Source: a virus (lineage: Duplodnaviria; Caudoviricetes). From it: a stretch of 64,000 bases of DNA. The notes beneath the pieces were generated by a model. It saw only the letters and a list, made by a program, of their open reading frames with translations, had not been told where the DNA came from and searched no databases. The translations under genes and the position numbers were made by a program. How positions within the stretch are numbered: position 1 is the stretch's first letter; each line of letters starts with the position of its first letter. Positions 1-9,774 of this stretch are shown here, piece by piece. The stretch is from positions 224,001-288,000 of IMG/VR virus record IMGVR_UViG_3300032030_000005; one strand, given 5' to 3'.

Positions 1-54
1 CAAAAGATAAGATAGAAATATCCGAAGGAATACAAATATAAAGGGGGAATAATA

Positions 55-1167
55 GTGTTAGATTTAGTTGAAAAAATCTTGAATTCTAAGAAAGTAAACT
101 ATAAAACTTTAGGTGGTTTTTTAACACCACTTAAAGATAGTTTATTTCAGCAAGAATCAACTATAAACGTTTTTATTGATATACCATCAGTAGTAAACCA
201 ATTATATAATCCAACAAATATAAAACATTTAGCTGGTGGTGTATTAAATAAGAAAGATAAGTATATGATAGCATCTAGTCTGTTAAATATGATAGGTCAT
301 TATAGACATTATTTTGCAACTAGATTTTGCTGTTACACTAATATATTCTTTATGTATAATTCATCAATTGATAAAAACATAAGGGATAATTTAAATCCAG
401 CTTATAAGCTGGAATATTATGATAAAAGACTTCATCTAGATAATTCAGTATTCTCAGATATAAATATTATCTTAAAAGATAATTATAAAGTCATGAAAAT
501 AATAATGGATTATTTACCTCACTGTTATTTTATCGACAGCTCTTATTGTGATTATAGATGTATATTTCCTTTTATAATTAAGCAAGAAGAGTTCAAAGAT
601 AACACAAATGTAATTATATCATCAGACAAGCTTATGTATCAGAACACTTTATACGGAGATACAATAATTGTTGAACCAAAGGGTGTTAATTCTGATTTAA
701 TAACATATGGTATAATTATTAAAGCCGTGGCTGGTAAGTCAAAGAATGTAGAAAAACATCCAGAATATTTAGATATCAATCCAGAGAATATTATTCTGAT
801 TGATAGTTTAATATCTCATCCTAAGTTAAATACTAAAGGAGTTAAGAATTTAAGTTATATTAGTACTTTAAAGATGCTTAATAAACATCATATAAATATT
901 AATGAACCTATCTTAAATCCTGATAATTTGGATGATATTTTTACAGATATTAAAGAAGTTAAAGACAACCTTGATGAAATTAAGACTAACTTCAAAATCT
1001 ATAACAATGCTTATCTGGCTAATATATATAATAAAGATTTAGAGATTATCTTTGAGTCCTGTAATAAGTATATAGAAGAGCTAGACGAGTTAAGGAAAAT
1101 TAATGAGAAGTTTTTCAGTAAACATCCTTTAAATTTAGAGTTCTACTTTAATGGTGAGATCGATTAA
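55..1167 (+). CDS. 5'-3' exonuclease/flap endonuclease (PIN-like) family protein
   Basis: N-terminal VFIDI strand, YYDKR, and IISSDKLMYQ resembling the 'iiSsDkDl.Q' 5'-nuclease motif; partly degenerate. Confidence 0.5.
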   Translation: MLDLVEKILNSKKVNYKTLGGFLTPLKDSLFQQESTINVFIDIPSVVNQLYNPTNIKHLAGGVLNKKDKYMIASSLLNMIGHYRHYFATRFCCYTNIFFMYNSSIDKNIRDNLNPAYKLEYYDKRLHLDNSVFSDINIILKDNYKVMKIIMDYLPHCYFIDSSYCDYRCIFPFIIKQEEFKDNTNVIISSDKLMYQNTLYGDTIIVEPKGVNSDLITYGIIIKAVAGKSKNVEKHPEYLDINPENIILIDSLISHPKLNTKGVKNLSYISTLKMLNKHHININEPILNPDNLDDIFTDIKEVKDNLDEIKTNFKIYNNAYLANIYNKDLEIIFESCNKYIEELDELRKINEKFFSKHPLNLEFYFNGEID

Positions 1168-1211
1168 AAGATAAATTTATGGTAAAAAATTATTTTATAA
1201 AGGAGTAAAAA

Positions 1212-1823
1212 ATGGCTAATAAAGATTGGGGTACTACATTCAATGATGAAAAACCCGTATATGTAATTTTATTCACATCTAGAAATAAAGATAATAAGCA
1301 TTTAGAAGGCTTTAAAGAAAGACGTGAATCTTTCTTAACAAATAAATCTAAAGAAGATTTAAGCGAAAGATTTAAAGCTTTTGTAAATGATGGTGTGGAA
1401 GGTGAAATGTCTAGATTTTATATTTCAATAAATTCTAGAAATAAAGAAAGATTATATAAAAAGGTATTACACTTTTTAATTGATAATCCAACTTTTAATA
1501 TATGTAGTCTTCCTTCAAAGATTGCCGGATTAGCTGCAGAACATGATTGTTCCGATAGCAAAAGATGGATGTTTGACTTTGATATGTTAAATGAATCATT
1601 AGCTAATGATTTTTGTAGCGATATTAAAGAAATAGATAATAGTGTAGAAACTGAAATCCACAGAACTCCAAATGGTTATGCAATACTCTGTAGTCATGGC
1701 TTTGATATAAGAAAGCTTGATGGTGCGTGGAATAGTATGTCAATAACTCTTAAAAAGGATGACTTACTATGTGTTGCATGGAAAACTAAAGATTCTAAGG
1801 TGGTAAATTATGATGAAGGATGA
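1212..1823 (+). CDS. phage protein with primase-polymerase (AEP)-like motifs
   Basis: WMFDFD (hhhDhD) and HRTPNGY motifs; RBS AAGGAG. Confidence 0.4.
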   Translation: MANKDWGTTFNDEKPVYVILFTSRNKDNKHLEGFKERRESFLTNKSKEDLSERFKAFVNDGVEGEMSRFYISINSRNKERLYKKVLHFLIDNPTFNICSLPSKIAGLAAEHDCSDSKRWMFDFDMLNESLANDFCSDIKEIDNSVETEIHRTPNGYAILCSHGFDIRKLDGAWNSMSITLKKDDLLCVAWKTKDSKVVNYDEG

Positions 1824-2014
1824 TAAATATGGATCGAGAATTTAATCGTGATAAATTTACAAAAGACTTTAAACAATGGTTAAATGAAAATCATGAACAA
1901 GTTATGAATACATGTATAACTGTAGAAGATCTTATGAAAGATCCAGATTTTATAAACGATCCAGATTTTCGTGAAGAATCATATGAGGAGGATGTTTATG
2001 AAAGTAAAACCTAA
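1820..2014 (+). CDS. hypothetical protein
   Basis: ATGA overlap with the upstream gene. Confidence 0.6.
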   Translation: MINMDREFNRDKFTKDFKQWLNENHEQVMNTCITVEDLMKDPDFINDPDFREESYEEDVYESKT

Positions 2015-2171
2015 GAAAGTTACCAATTATGAGCAGTATATGAATACTATAACTGCTGAAGATAGAGCTTATGTTAAAGGATTCATGGAAGCTAGAAAAA
2101 AAGAGGATGAAAAATATCTGAATGAAAAGATATCTACTCTTTTAATTTTATTGGTAATAAAAAATTATTAA
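1998..2171 (+). CDS. hypothetical protein
   Basis: RBS GAGGAGG before ATG 1998. Confidence 0.55.
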   Translation: MKVKPKKVTNYEQYMNTITAEDRAYVKGFMEARKKEDEKYLNEKISTLLILLVIKNY

Positions 2172-2185
2172 TAGGAGGAATTGTT

Positions 2186-2446
2186 ATGGCAAAGGAATTT
2201 AAGTATGATGTTCTTGCAGATCTCGGTACTATCGAAGAAACTGAGACTGTAAAGACATGTGTCAAGGTCATCTCTTTTAATGGAGGAAAGCCTAAGCTTG
2301 ACATCAGAAAGTGGTATACCACCAATAACACTATGGGAAAAGGAGTATCTATCTCTTTAGATCCAGACGTTATTGACAAGCTCAAGGAAGCTCTTGAAGG
2401 TATAGAAGATGACTATGACCTTCCAAATGAGAGTATAGATATGTAA
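2186..2446 (+). CDS. PC4/YdbC-family ssDNA-binding protein
   Basis: ISFNGGKPKLDIRKW...MGKGVSI signature; RBS AGGAGG. Confidence 0.85.
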   Translation: MAKEFKYDVLADLGTIEETETVKTCVKVISFNGGKPKLDIRKWYTTNNTMGKGVSISLDPDVIDKLKEALEGIEDDYDLPNESIDM

Positions 2447-2450
2447 AAAA

Positions 2451-2488
2451 TAATTCCCCTAAAGAGAATTAACTCTTTAGGGGAATTA
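2451..2488. terminator. hairpin/terminator of the CCCTAAAG palindrome family
   Basis: 16-bp inverted repeat TAATTCCCCTAAAGAG/CTCTTTAGGGGAATTA. Confidence 0.75.
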
Positions 2489-2568
2489 TATATAAATTAA
2501 ATGGAGGAATAACTTATATACTAATATGTTCTCTATTTAATTAAAAAATGCAAAGGGGTAGAAAAGCT

Positions 2569-2874
2569 ATGATAATTTCAGTAAAGTATGTCGAAGACAT
2601 CAAGATCAGCAGAAGAAAGATGAAGGAAATAAGAAAATATCTGGAGGACAACTCAATTTATTATATTGAGAATATTGAAGGATTTTTATTTAGTCCTTAT
2701 CTAAAGACCAAGGTTAATGAGAATTTAGAATTCTGTAAGAATAAGATTAATTTACCATATGTATCTTATTCAGATGATGTCTACAAAGGTTATTTAATCA
2801 GTAAGAAGTTTTTAAAAGAAACTGAACTGGTTAAAAAGATCAATTCTAATTATAAAAAGGAATTTATATTATGA
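2569..2874 (+). CDS. hypothetical protein
   Basis: ORF; ATGA-coupled to nrdG. Confidence 0.65.
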   Translation: MIISVKYVEDIKISRRKMKEIRKYLEDNSIYYIENIEGFLFSPYLKTKVNENLEFCKNKINLPYVSYSDDVYKGYLISKKFLKETELVKKINSNYKKEFIL

Positions 2875-3389
2875 ATTACAGCAAGATATATTATATTGAT
2901 ACAATCAATGGCGAGGGGTTAAGAGTATCACTCTTTACTTCTGGATGTACAATCCATTGTAAAGGTTGTTTCAATAAGGAAACATGGGATTTTAACCATG
3001 GTGAATCTTTCACTAAAGAAGAGTTAGAAAAAATAATTAATACTATTTTTAATGATAAAGGTATTAATTATAGTGGTTTATCTTTATTAGGTGGAGAACC
3101 ACTTGATAATATTGACGGTCTTATTCCGTTACTAAAAGAGTTTAAGAAGAAAAACAAAGATAATAAAAAAGATGTATGGATTTGGACCGGGAGAACTATT
3201 GATTATGTAAACTCTAATGAAAAGATGAAGAACTTCTTATTAGAATACTGTGATGTAGTAGTTGCAGGTCCATATATTGAAGAAGAGAAAAACTTAAAGT
3301 TAAGATTTAGAGGAAGTAATAATCAAAAAATTTATCTAATTAAAAATAATCACTTTATTGAAAGTGAAGAGTTAGAAAAAGGGGTATAA
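2871..3389 (+). CDS. nrdG: anaerobic ribonucleotide reductase activating protein (radical SAM)
   Basis: NGEGLRVSLF, CTIHCKGC, LLGGEPL, FRGSNNQ. Confidence 0.93.
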   Translation: MNYSKIYYIDTINGEGLRVSLFTSGCTIHCKGCFNKETWDFNHGESFTKEELEKIINTIFNDKGINYSGLSLLGGEPLDNIDGLIPLLKEFKKKNKDNKKDVWIWTGRTIDYVNSNEKMKNFLLEYCDVVVAGPYIEEEKNLKLRFRGSNNQKIYLIKNNHFIESEELEKGV

Positions 3390-3393
3390 TACT

Positions 3394-3933
3394 ATGAATA
3401 TTTATGAAAATATTAAGGATGTGAATGTAAGCTTTGCGGATGGTATAATTAATAATCCTTATCTATTAAGTATTGTTAAGAATTACAATAAGGCAATAAA
3501 AGGCTTTTTAGAAAGTAAGTCAACAACTGTAAGTGAATTTGAAGATGATTATCTTCTTAAGGATGATATCATTGAAGAATTAATCACTGAGAAACTTAAG
3601 AAAAATATGTTTTATGAATCAGTTGATAGAAAAGATATAGCTGCTATAAAGAAACTTATTAAGGAATATTTCAGTGAATATAAACAGCAGATTTACAAGG
3701 ATTCTTTAAAATATCAGAAGAAACGTTTTGGTATAAGATATAATGAGTTTAAGATCACTACTATGCATGAATTATATAAATTTGGTAATGATCCAGAAAT
3801 GTTAAATATCATTATACCAAATAATGCATTCTTCTATTTAAAGGTAATCGATAGATTATTAGTTTATTATTGCAAAAAGGTAATAGATAGGAAAGAAGAT
3901 TTAAATAAAGTTGAATATATTAAAATAAAATAA
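3394..3933 (+). CDS. hypothetical protein
   Basis: 179-aa ORF in operon. Confidence 0.7.
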   Translation: MNIYENIKDVNVSFADGIINNPYLLSIVKNYNKAIKGFLESKSTTVSEFEDDYLLKDDIIEELITEKLKKNMFYESVDRKDIAAIKKLIKEYFSEYKQQIYKDSLKYQKKRFGIRYNEFKITTMHELYKFGNDPEMLNIIIPNNAFFYLKVIDRLLVYYCKKVIDRKEDLNKVEYIKIK

Positions 3934-3938
3934 TTTTT

Positions 3939-3977
3939 GAGAGATATGCTATAATAGCATATCTCTCTTTTTTTTTT
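3939..3977 (+). terminator. intrinsic terminator
   Basis: 14-bp stem plus T-run. Confidence 0.85.
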
Positions 3978-4006
3978 CTACTTGTATTTAATTAATATGT
4001 TGAATA

Positions 4007-4014
4007 TATATTAT
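4007..4014 (+). promoter_or_regulatory. early phage promoter core TATATTAT (representative copy)
   Basis: Copies on + at 4007, 6580, 10460, 15717, 15882, 30250, 37155, 62234, 62615, 63460, 63793 and on - at 25556, 28652, 34834, 37113, 62191; each is intergenic and faces a gene; resembles phiKZ/AR9 early promoter consensus. Confidence 0.85.
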
Positions 4015-4040
4015 AATTATGTACCAAGAAACATTCACAA

Positions 4041-4078
4041 ACATCACCTGAGTACGTGATGTATAAAATAAACTGTTC
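4041..4078 (+). ncRNA. 5'-leader H-type pseudoknot A
   Basis: S1 ACATCAC/GTGATGT, 8-nt loop CTGAGTAC, S2 GAGTA/TGTTC, then AGGAGG. Confidence 0.65.
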
Positions 4079-4100
4079 CATTTTAAGGAGGAAAATTAAA

Positions 4101-5642
4101 ATGAAGGCAAATTATTCAACAGCAACAAAAGTAACAAACAATGAAAAAGAAAGATCAACTAGTCAGTTGATAAACGAAATTAAGGAAAAGTATAGAGGAG
4201 ATGTTTCTGCATGCTCGTTTTTTATATCGAGCTGCAAAGCCATCAAATTTATAGATTTACTTTACATTTCAGAAGGTCGTGTAAGATTTTTTACTTGTCC
4301 TTGTTTGAAACAAGGAAGTAGGAAACGAATTAAAGGAGATAAGGTAGTTCGTTTCCGTCATGAAAACGATATGTTACTCATCGGAGATTCTTCTGTAAGA
4401 GAAATCTCTGAAGCAGAACTCTTAAAGCATACTTTAGAGTATGCAGTGCCATTTGCAATGGCGAAGAGTAGGTTTGTTCCAGTTTTTATAAAAAGCAAAA
4501 AACTGGGATTAGATTTCAGTCAGTTCTTCGACGGAACTGAAACAATAACTGAAGAAAAAATAACAGTTGAAGTTGAATCTGCAGAGGATGAGGCTGCTAC
4601 ACTTGAAGCCGTAGAGACTGAAGATGTAACTGTAACTGAAACAGAAGTCATTACAGCCGAAGAATCTACTCCTACTCCAAAAACAGAAGAAGATCTTCTC
4701 ATTGAAAAGATTATAGATCTTGATGCTAATGTGTTAAATCCTTTAACAAAGTTTATGATCGATAGAATAATGGATATAAGCACATACATTAACGATTCAA
4801 TTATTGAAAAAGTTAAAAGTTTTGATGATTGTTATATCTATAATCAGGGGCTTTGTGAAAAGCAAATAGAAGCAGCTAAACTGGCTGCTTCTACAGCCTC
4901 AGCTTCAGAAAAGATTGATAAGTTCATCATTGCTCTTGCTAAAATTTCAGCTGATCTTAAGAATCAGTCTGAAGAAGCTAAGAATGAAGAATATTTCCTT
5001 AAGAAATCGCTTGAAAAAGCGACAGAAAAGGTTAATAATTTCTATAATGAAATCAATAATGAACTTTCTAGAATCGAAACTGAATGTAGCGAAAAGAAAA
5101 TGGCGGAAAAGAAAGTTGACGATATAATGTCAAATCTCTCTGAATTAGAGAGAGAACTTCTTATGAAATCTCTTGGTTTAAGACCAGAGATAGATGTTGA
5201 CGTAGTAAAAAACCCAACACACATTGTACCATCAACTGAAGAAACTGCGATAGACGGAAGATTTACCATTGTTATGAACGATGGCAACACACGTTCCATC
5301 GATAACAGTTGGTCCGAAATATTGGGCCATCTTCGTCAGGTCGCATTAAAAAGAGAGACTGTTAATATATCAGTCTTTAAATATATTGCGGACCAGATGG
5401 CTTTAGGACTTACTAGAAAAGAGCTTATAGAAGCTCTGGGCAGTCAGCACTACGCTAAACGAGCTCTGGACATATGCTCAGAGCTCGGTCTTTATAAGCT
5501 CGATAGATCTCAGAATGCTGGAAAAAAGCGTTCTCCAGTGGCATCAGCCAAATCTGGAAGAACACTTTCTGAGCGTTCGGAGATCAAAAAGAAGGTAATC
5601 GAAGAAGATATAAAGCAGAAAGCGGAAGCTCTTCATGCTTGA
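4101..5642 (+). CDS. early coiled-coil hypothetical protein
   Basis: RBS AAGGAGG before ATG 4101; acidic linker and coiled-coil region. Confidence 0.75.
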   Translation: MKANYSTATKVTNNEKERSTSQLINEIKEKYRGDVSACSFFISSCKAIKFIDLLYISEGRVRFFTCPCLKQGSRKRIKGDKVVRFRHENDMLLIGDSSVREISEAELLKHTLEYAVPFAMAKSRFVPVFIKSKKLGLDFSQFFDGTETITEEKITVEVESAEDEAATLEAVETEDVTVTETEVITAEESTPTPKTEEDLLIEKIIDLDANVLNPLTKFMIDRIMDISTYINDSIIEKVKSFDDCYIYNQGLCEKQIEAAKLAASTASASEKIDKFIIALAKISADLKNQSEEAKNEEYFLKKSLEKATEKVNNFYNEINNELSRIETECSEKKMAEKKVDDIMSNLSELERELLMKSLGLRPEIDVDVVKNPTHIVPSTEETAIDGRFTIVMNDGNTRSIDNSWSEILGHLRQVALKRETVNISVFKYIADQMALGLTRKELIEALGSQHYAKRALDICSELGLYKLDRSQNAGKKRSPVASAKSGRTLSERSEIKKKVIEEDIKQKAEALHA

Positions 5643-5662
5643 TCTTCATTAATCTTACAAAA

Positions 5663-5700
5663 ATATCACCTGAGTACGTGATGTATAAAATAAACTGCTC
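5663..5700 (+). ncRNA. 5'-leader H-type pseudoknot B (33-bp direct repeat of A)
   Basis: 5665-5697 is identical to 4043-4075; S2 GAGTA/TGCTC. Confidence 0.65.
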
Positions 5701-5719
5701 TTCCGTAGGAGGTTATAAT

Positions 5720-5854
5720 ATGGAAAAGAAAAAAGCATTAGAAATGATAGAAAATATGGAGATCAACCCAGAGCTCAAAGAAAAGCTCATAGAAATCGCT
5801 GATGAACTTGATGAAATATTCGAAAGAATTGACAAGATCGAAGCTTGTCACTAA
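5720..5854 (+). CDS. small hypothetical protein (44 aa)
   Basis: RBS AGGAGG before ATG 5720. Confidence 0.7.
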   Translation: MEKKKALEMIENMEINPELKEKLIEIADELDEIFERIDKIEACH

Positions 5855-5872
5855 ATTCTTTCAAGTTCGGAT

Positions 5873-5910
5873 AAAAACAGCATCCTTCATTCGAGGGATG
5901 CTGTTTTTTT
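5873..5910. terminator. bidirectional terminator
   Basis: AAAAACAGCATCC...GGATGCTGTTTTT between convergent genes. Confidence 0.85.
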
Positions 5911-6534
5911 TTATATTTCTAATATGGAATCATCATAAGTATTATTATTCATATCGATTAATTTATTATATTTAAGTAAAGTTTCTTCAGCTATAAAGTC
6001 TTTATACTTTCCAATAAATGCATTTACATCTCCAAAGATGCTTTCAAGTTTAATAAATATCTTTTCACAATGTACTAATTCATGAGCTGTTTTAGATAGA
6101 TAAACAAGACCTACTTGATTTAATTTATGAAGCTCTAATACTTCATCACATATATCTAATGAAGTAAAATTTTCTCCAGTAAGTATTCTTTTATTTATAC
6201 AAGTTTCTACTATATCATATAATGTAAATGGATAATGATGAAATTCTAATGTTAATCCATCAATATCATCTGAAAGATTACCTAATACAGAACAGTTATG
6301 AATACCTACTTCATTTTTAAGATGTCCTAAATAAGACTTATATTCTTTAGAAGTTCTTATCTGTTTTTCTATATTCTTAATAAAAGCTTTAATTTCTTTA
6401 GCATCTGACCATTCTGTAAAATAAAAACTACCTATAATATTTTTACTATTACCTTTAGTAGCTAATACTACATCATCACCTTTATTTAATGAAATAACAT
6501 TATTCACTTCATTTGGTTTATTAATTTGTTTCAT
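5911..6534 (-). CDS. HNH-like jumbo-phage protein
   Basis: LEFHH...VGLVYLSKTAHELVH beta-beta-alpha-metal-like pattern; late promoter at 6560-6571 (-). Confidence 0.5.
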   Translation of the reverse strand: MKQINKPNEVNNVISLNKGDDVVLATKGNSKNIIGSFYFTEWSDAKEIKAFIKNIEKQIRTSKEYKSYLGHLKNEVGIHNCSVLGNLSDDIDGLTLEFHHYPFTLYDIVETCINKRILTGENFTSLDICDEVLELHKLNQVGLVYLSKTAHELVHCEKIFIKLESIFGDVNAFIGKYKDFIAEETLLKYNKLIDMNNNTYDDSILEI

Positions 6535-6643
6535 ATAAATATTCACTCCTTTATTATAATAACTTGCTGTTTTTAAATATATATTATTTTTGTGACTGTA
6601 TTAAGACAATAAAAAATTTAAGAAAAGGAGGAATACAGTTGTT

Positions 6644-7024
6644 ATGAAATACACATATCCTACAGAAGAACTTATGAACAAAGCTTTCGATCAGGCAGTA
6701 TGTGGTTCTTTTGGAACATTTTTAGATGGTGTTTATCTTAAAGCATGCTATGCAAATGGTTATGGCTTTGAGATTGTAAAACATAAAGGTACGTATGGCT
6801 TAGAGCCGGATCTTTGGGAGCTTTACGTACTTAAAAAAGTAGAAGATCCAGAGGAGTATGATATCGAAACAAGATACACTGCCAATTATGAGACGGATAT
6901 AACTGATGATGTTGTTCCATCATTAACTAATGAGCAGGTAATGCTCGTTATACCATTAATAAGATGGTTAGATGATAGAGGTCAGCTTCCGGAAGGTACA
7001 AACCTTCCACATTTTTTAAAATAA
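6644..7024 (+). CDS. early hypothetical phage protein
   Basis: Early promoter 6580, RBS AAGGAGG. Confidence 0.75.
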   Translation: MKYTYPTEELMNKAFDQAVCGSFGTFLDGVYLKACYANGYGFEIVKHKGTYGLEPDLWELYVLKKVEDPEEYDIETRYTANYETDITDDVVPSLTNEQVMLVIPLIRWLDDRGQLPEGTNLPHFLK

Positions 7025-7028
7025 TAAT

Positions 7029-7068
7029 AAAAGAGAATATACCAAATGGTATATTCTCTTTTTTTTTT
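7029..7068. terminator. bidirectional terminator
   Basis: AAAAGAGAATATACCA/TGGTATATTCTCTTTT. Confidence 0.85.
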
Positions 7069-9748
7069 ATAAAAATCTATCTTTCATTCTGACTTTTGTT
7101 AATTCTAAATTATTATCAATAAGATAATCATGTAAATTATCATTTGGTGTTAATTTACCACTTTTTAAATCGTTATTTAATTGCTTTTTTACAGAAGTTT
7201 GATACATATAATCTTTAGTCATAAAAGGAGTCATAAATCGTCCATTAACACCAAAGTCTTTTGTAGTAGGTTGATATTTATCATCAACTATTATACAATG
7301 TTTCTTTATCATATCAATAGTCATGATAAATTTATCAACTTTTGCATATTTGATAGAATCTTTTCTTATTGTAATACAGTTTGGTGTATTTGAAGAATGC
7401 CCTAATCCTAATTCCATATCACTATCTAATTTAATAGTATAAATATAAAATTCCAATAATTTTTTATCATAGTTATTCAAATTATCTTTTAAATAATTAA
7501 ATACTGATTTAGTTATAATAGGATTTTGAGAGTTTTTACATCCCATATGTGTTATATTACTATCTACTTTTTTTAAAGTTTTTAAAACTTCAAAACATCC
7601 CCATCCAATAGCTGAATTATATTTAGTCCAAGTAAATAAAGAAAAGCCTTCTTCCTGAAATACATTACCAAAATCTAAACCAACAGATTTTAATTCTTTA
7701 TAATAATTTTTAGAAGCATGATAAACTTTTATAGGACTGTTAATGGTTTCATGTAAAGCTCTTCTTACAGATCTTTTAAAATCATACTTTTGTTTATTAA
7801 GATCCTTTATATAATCTCGACTTCGTTTAATTTCTCTAAAGATATCTTCGATTAAAGGTCGTCCGTCTGGTCTATCTCTCTTTATTCTTCTGATACTTGC
7901 CTGTAAATCACTAGTACCCATTATAATTAAAGGAAGTGTTACCGCTTTTTCAGGAGACATTAAACAAATATTACAACCTTCAAATATAAACTTTTTACTT
8001 CTATATTTAGGATTATTTTTAGTATTATCTAATAACCAATCAAAAAATTTAATCCAAAGTTTATCAGCTTCTGAAGAATCATATCTAATTTGCCATGGTA
8101 ATTCAGGATGTTGGTTAATATAATCTAATATTATTCCAGTTCCTCTTATATTAATTAATCTAGATAATAATTTTTCATATTTTTCTTTTGGTCTGGTTAT
8201 TCTTAATAAAAATAAATCTAAATGAGAAACATATGCATCATATTCTTCTCCTAATTTCATAGAATAAGTACTTTTACCATCACCGCTTGACCCAGTAATC
8301 CAAAGAGGATTTCCTTCTCTCCATTGATCCACGTTTATAGCAAAGTTCTTTTCAGGAATAACTAAAGATTCATTATATGTATTGATTAATTCATTATAAT
8401 TATCTCTATTATTTTTACCAAATAATTCCATAGACTTCTGATCGGAAAGCCTTTTTCTTCGATCATCCATAGAATCCCAGTTCTTCATGACTCTTTCAAG
8501 TTCTTCCTTAGAAGGTTCTTTATGTATTAACTCTATACCAGTTTCAGCTCTCCATTTATGAACTGGATCATTTTTAAGCTTTAAATATATATCATTTCCA
8601 TAATTCTTTTTAATATCTTTTAGATTCATAGGTGGTTCATAGTCTTCATGTAACTTTATACCTTTTTGCTTGATAACTTCATCGAATCTAGTCTGTGGGA
8701 AAGGTTTCTCGTCTAATTCTACTTCACCATCATCATTTATATAACCAAAACCATAACACATATCAAAATGGAAATTAACCATCATATCTCCAACTGTATA
8801 TACATTATCTCTTCCAACTAATTCACTGAATGGATCTATTAAGATATTAGTATCTTTATTTAATACTACAGTATGCTCATATTTATCAGCACTTACTGGT
8901 CTATAAGGAAGTTTTTTGTATGATCCAGACTTAGAAGGCTTAGTTTGCTTCCATCCTATAAGCTCTTCATCTCTTGCTATTTCTGGCATTTGTACGAACT
9001 TCTTAATAGCTTCTAGATTTACATCATACATCTCTTTCATTGAAAGATTCTTATATTCTGGATATCGGTTAAAGAATAATTTGATATAGTGTTTATATTT
9101 TTGTACGTCCTTCTTATTATGTTCTAATAATCTATCAAAATCCTTTTTATTAAAGCTATCTATATTTTCTTTATCAAATTGTTCTTTTTTCTTTAACAGT
9201 TCTTCAAGATTTATAGGAGTATGACTATCCGTCCAGCAATCTAAGTGATTTTCTTTTTCTGAATCCATATATACTCTTTCACCATGAATATGACCATGTA
9301 CATTAATCTTAACTTTCTTATATTTCTTAAGCATTAATGGTTTGTGACTAAAGATAATATCTTTATATTGTAATTCATCAAATACATAATTAAATCCTAA
9401 TGATAAATAATAATCATTATCTTTAAAATCATGATTACCTTTAATAAGTATCTTTATACCATTTAATTGATTATAAAAATATCTAATTAAGTTATCATAA
9501 TCATCTGATAACTTTTTATATGAAGTATCACCCATATATATGAATATATCATTAGGCTTTACTTTAGCTTTTTGCTGAATTATTAATCTCTTTAATTCTA
9601 ATTGTGATTGTTTACCTTTTGTATAGGCATCTTTATAAATATGCCAGTCGGTAGCTAACCATATTCTATTATATGGAGTTCTATCTAAAAGACTCTTCAC
9701 GTAGTCTTCTTGACTTACATTTTCATTAAAGAAATCTATATAATCCAT
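7067..9748 (-). CDS. multidomain protein: calcineurin-like phosphoesterase + two unknown domains + P-loop kinase + ADP-ribosyltransferase-like domain; putative virion-packaged polyprotein
   Basis: TDWH, GD, GNHD, SH, HGHIH; GSSGDGKST and FIFEG; KVYHAS; RBS AGAGGTG before MDYIDFFNE. Confidence 0.7.
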   Translation of the reverse strand: MDYIDFFNENVSQEDYVKSLLDRTPYNRIWLATDWHIYKDAYTKGKQSQLELKRLIIQQKAKVKPNDIFIYMGDTSYKKLSDDYDNLIRYFYNQLNGIKILIKGNHDFKDNDYYLSLGFNYVFDELQYKDIIFSHKPLMLKKYKKVKINVHGHIHGERVYMDSEKENHLDCWTDSHTPINLEELLKKKEQFDKENIDSFNKKDFDRLLEHNKKDVQKYKHYIKLFFNRYPEYKNLSMKEMYDVNLEAIKKFVQMPEIARDEELIGWKQTKPSKSGSYKKLPYRPVSADKYEHTVVLNKDTNILIDPFSELVGRDNVYTVGDMMVNFHFDMCYGFGYINDDGEVELDEKPFPQTRFDEVIKQKGIKLHEDYEPPMNLKDIKKNYGNDIYLKLKNDPVHKWRAETGIELIHKEPSKEELERVMKNWDSMDDRRKRLSDQKSMELFGKNNRDNYNELINTYNESLVIPEKNFAINVDQWREGNPLWITGSSGDGKSTYSMKLGEEYDAYVSHLDLFLLRITRPKEKYEKLLSRLINIRGTGIILDYINQHPELPWQIRYDSSEADKLWIKFFDWLLDNTKNNPKYRSKKFIFEGCNICLMSPEKAVTLPLIIMGTSDLQASIRRIKRDRPDGRPLIEDIFREIKRSRDYIKDLNKQKYDFKRSVRRALHETINSPIKVYHASKNYYKELKSVGLDFGNVFQEEGFSLFTWTKYNSAIGWGCFEVLKTLKKVDSNITHMGCKNSQNPIITKSVFNYLKDNLNNYDKKLLEFYIYTIKLDSDMELGLGHSSNTPNCITIRKDSIKYAKVDKFIMTIDMIKKHCIIVDDKYQPTTKDFGVNGRFMTPFMTKDYMYQTSVKKQLNNDLKSGKLTPNDNLHDYLIDNNLELTKVRMKDRFL

Positions 9749-9774
9749 AATATCACCTCTTTTCAATCTTAAGA

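Noticed and set aside
4041-4078. preQ1-I riboswitch or ToxI antitoxin identity for the leader pseudoknots
   Set aside because: The topology is similar, but the preQ1 consensus nucleotides and gene context are absent, and the copies are not tandem or next to a toxN-like gene.
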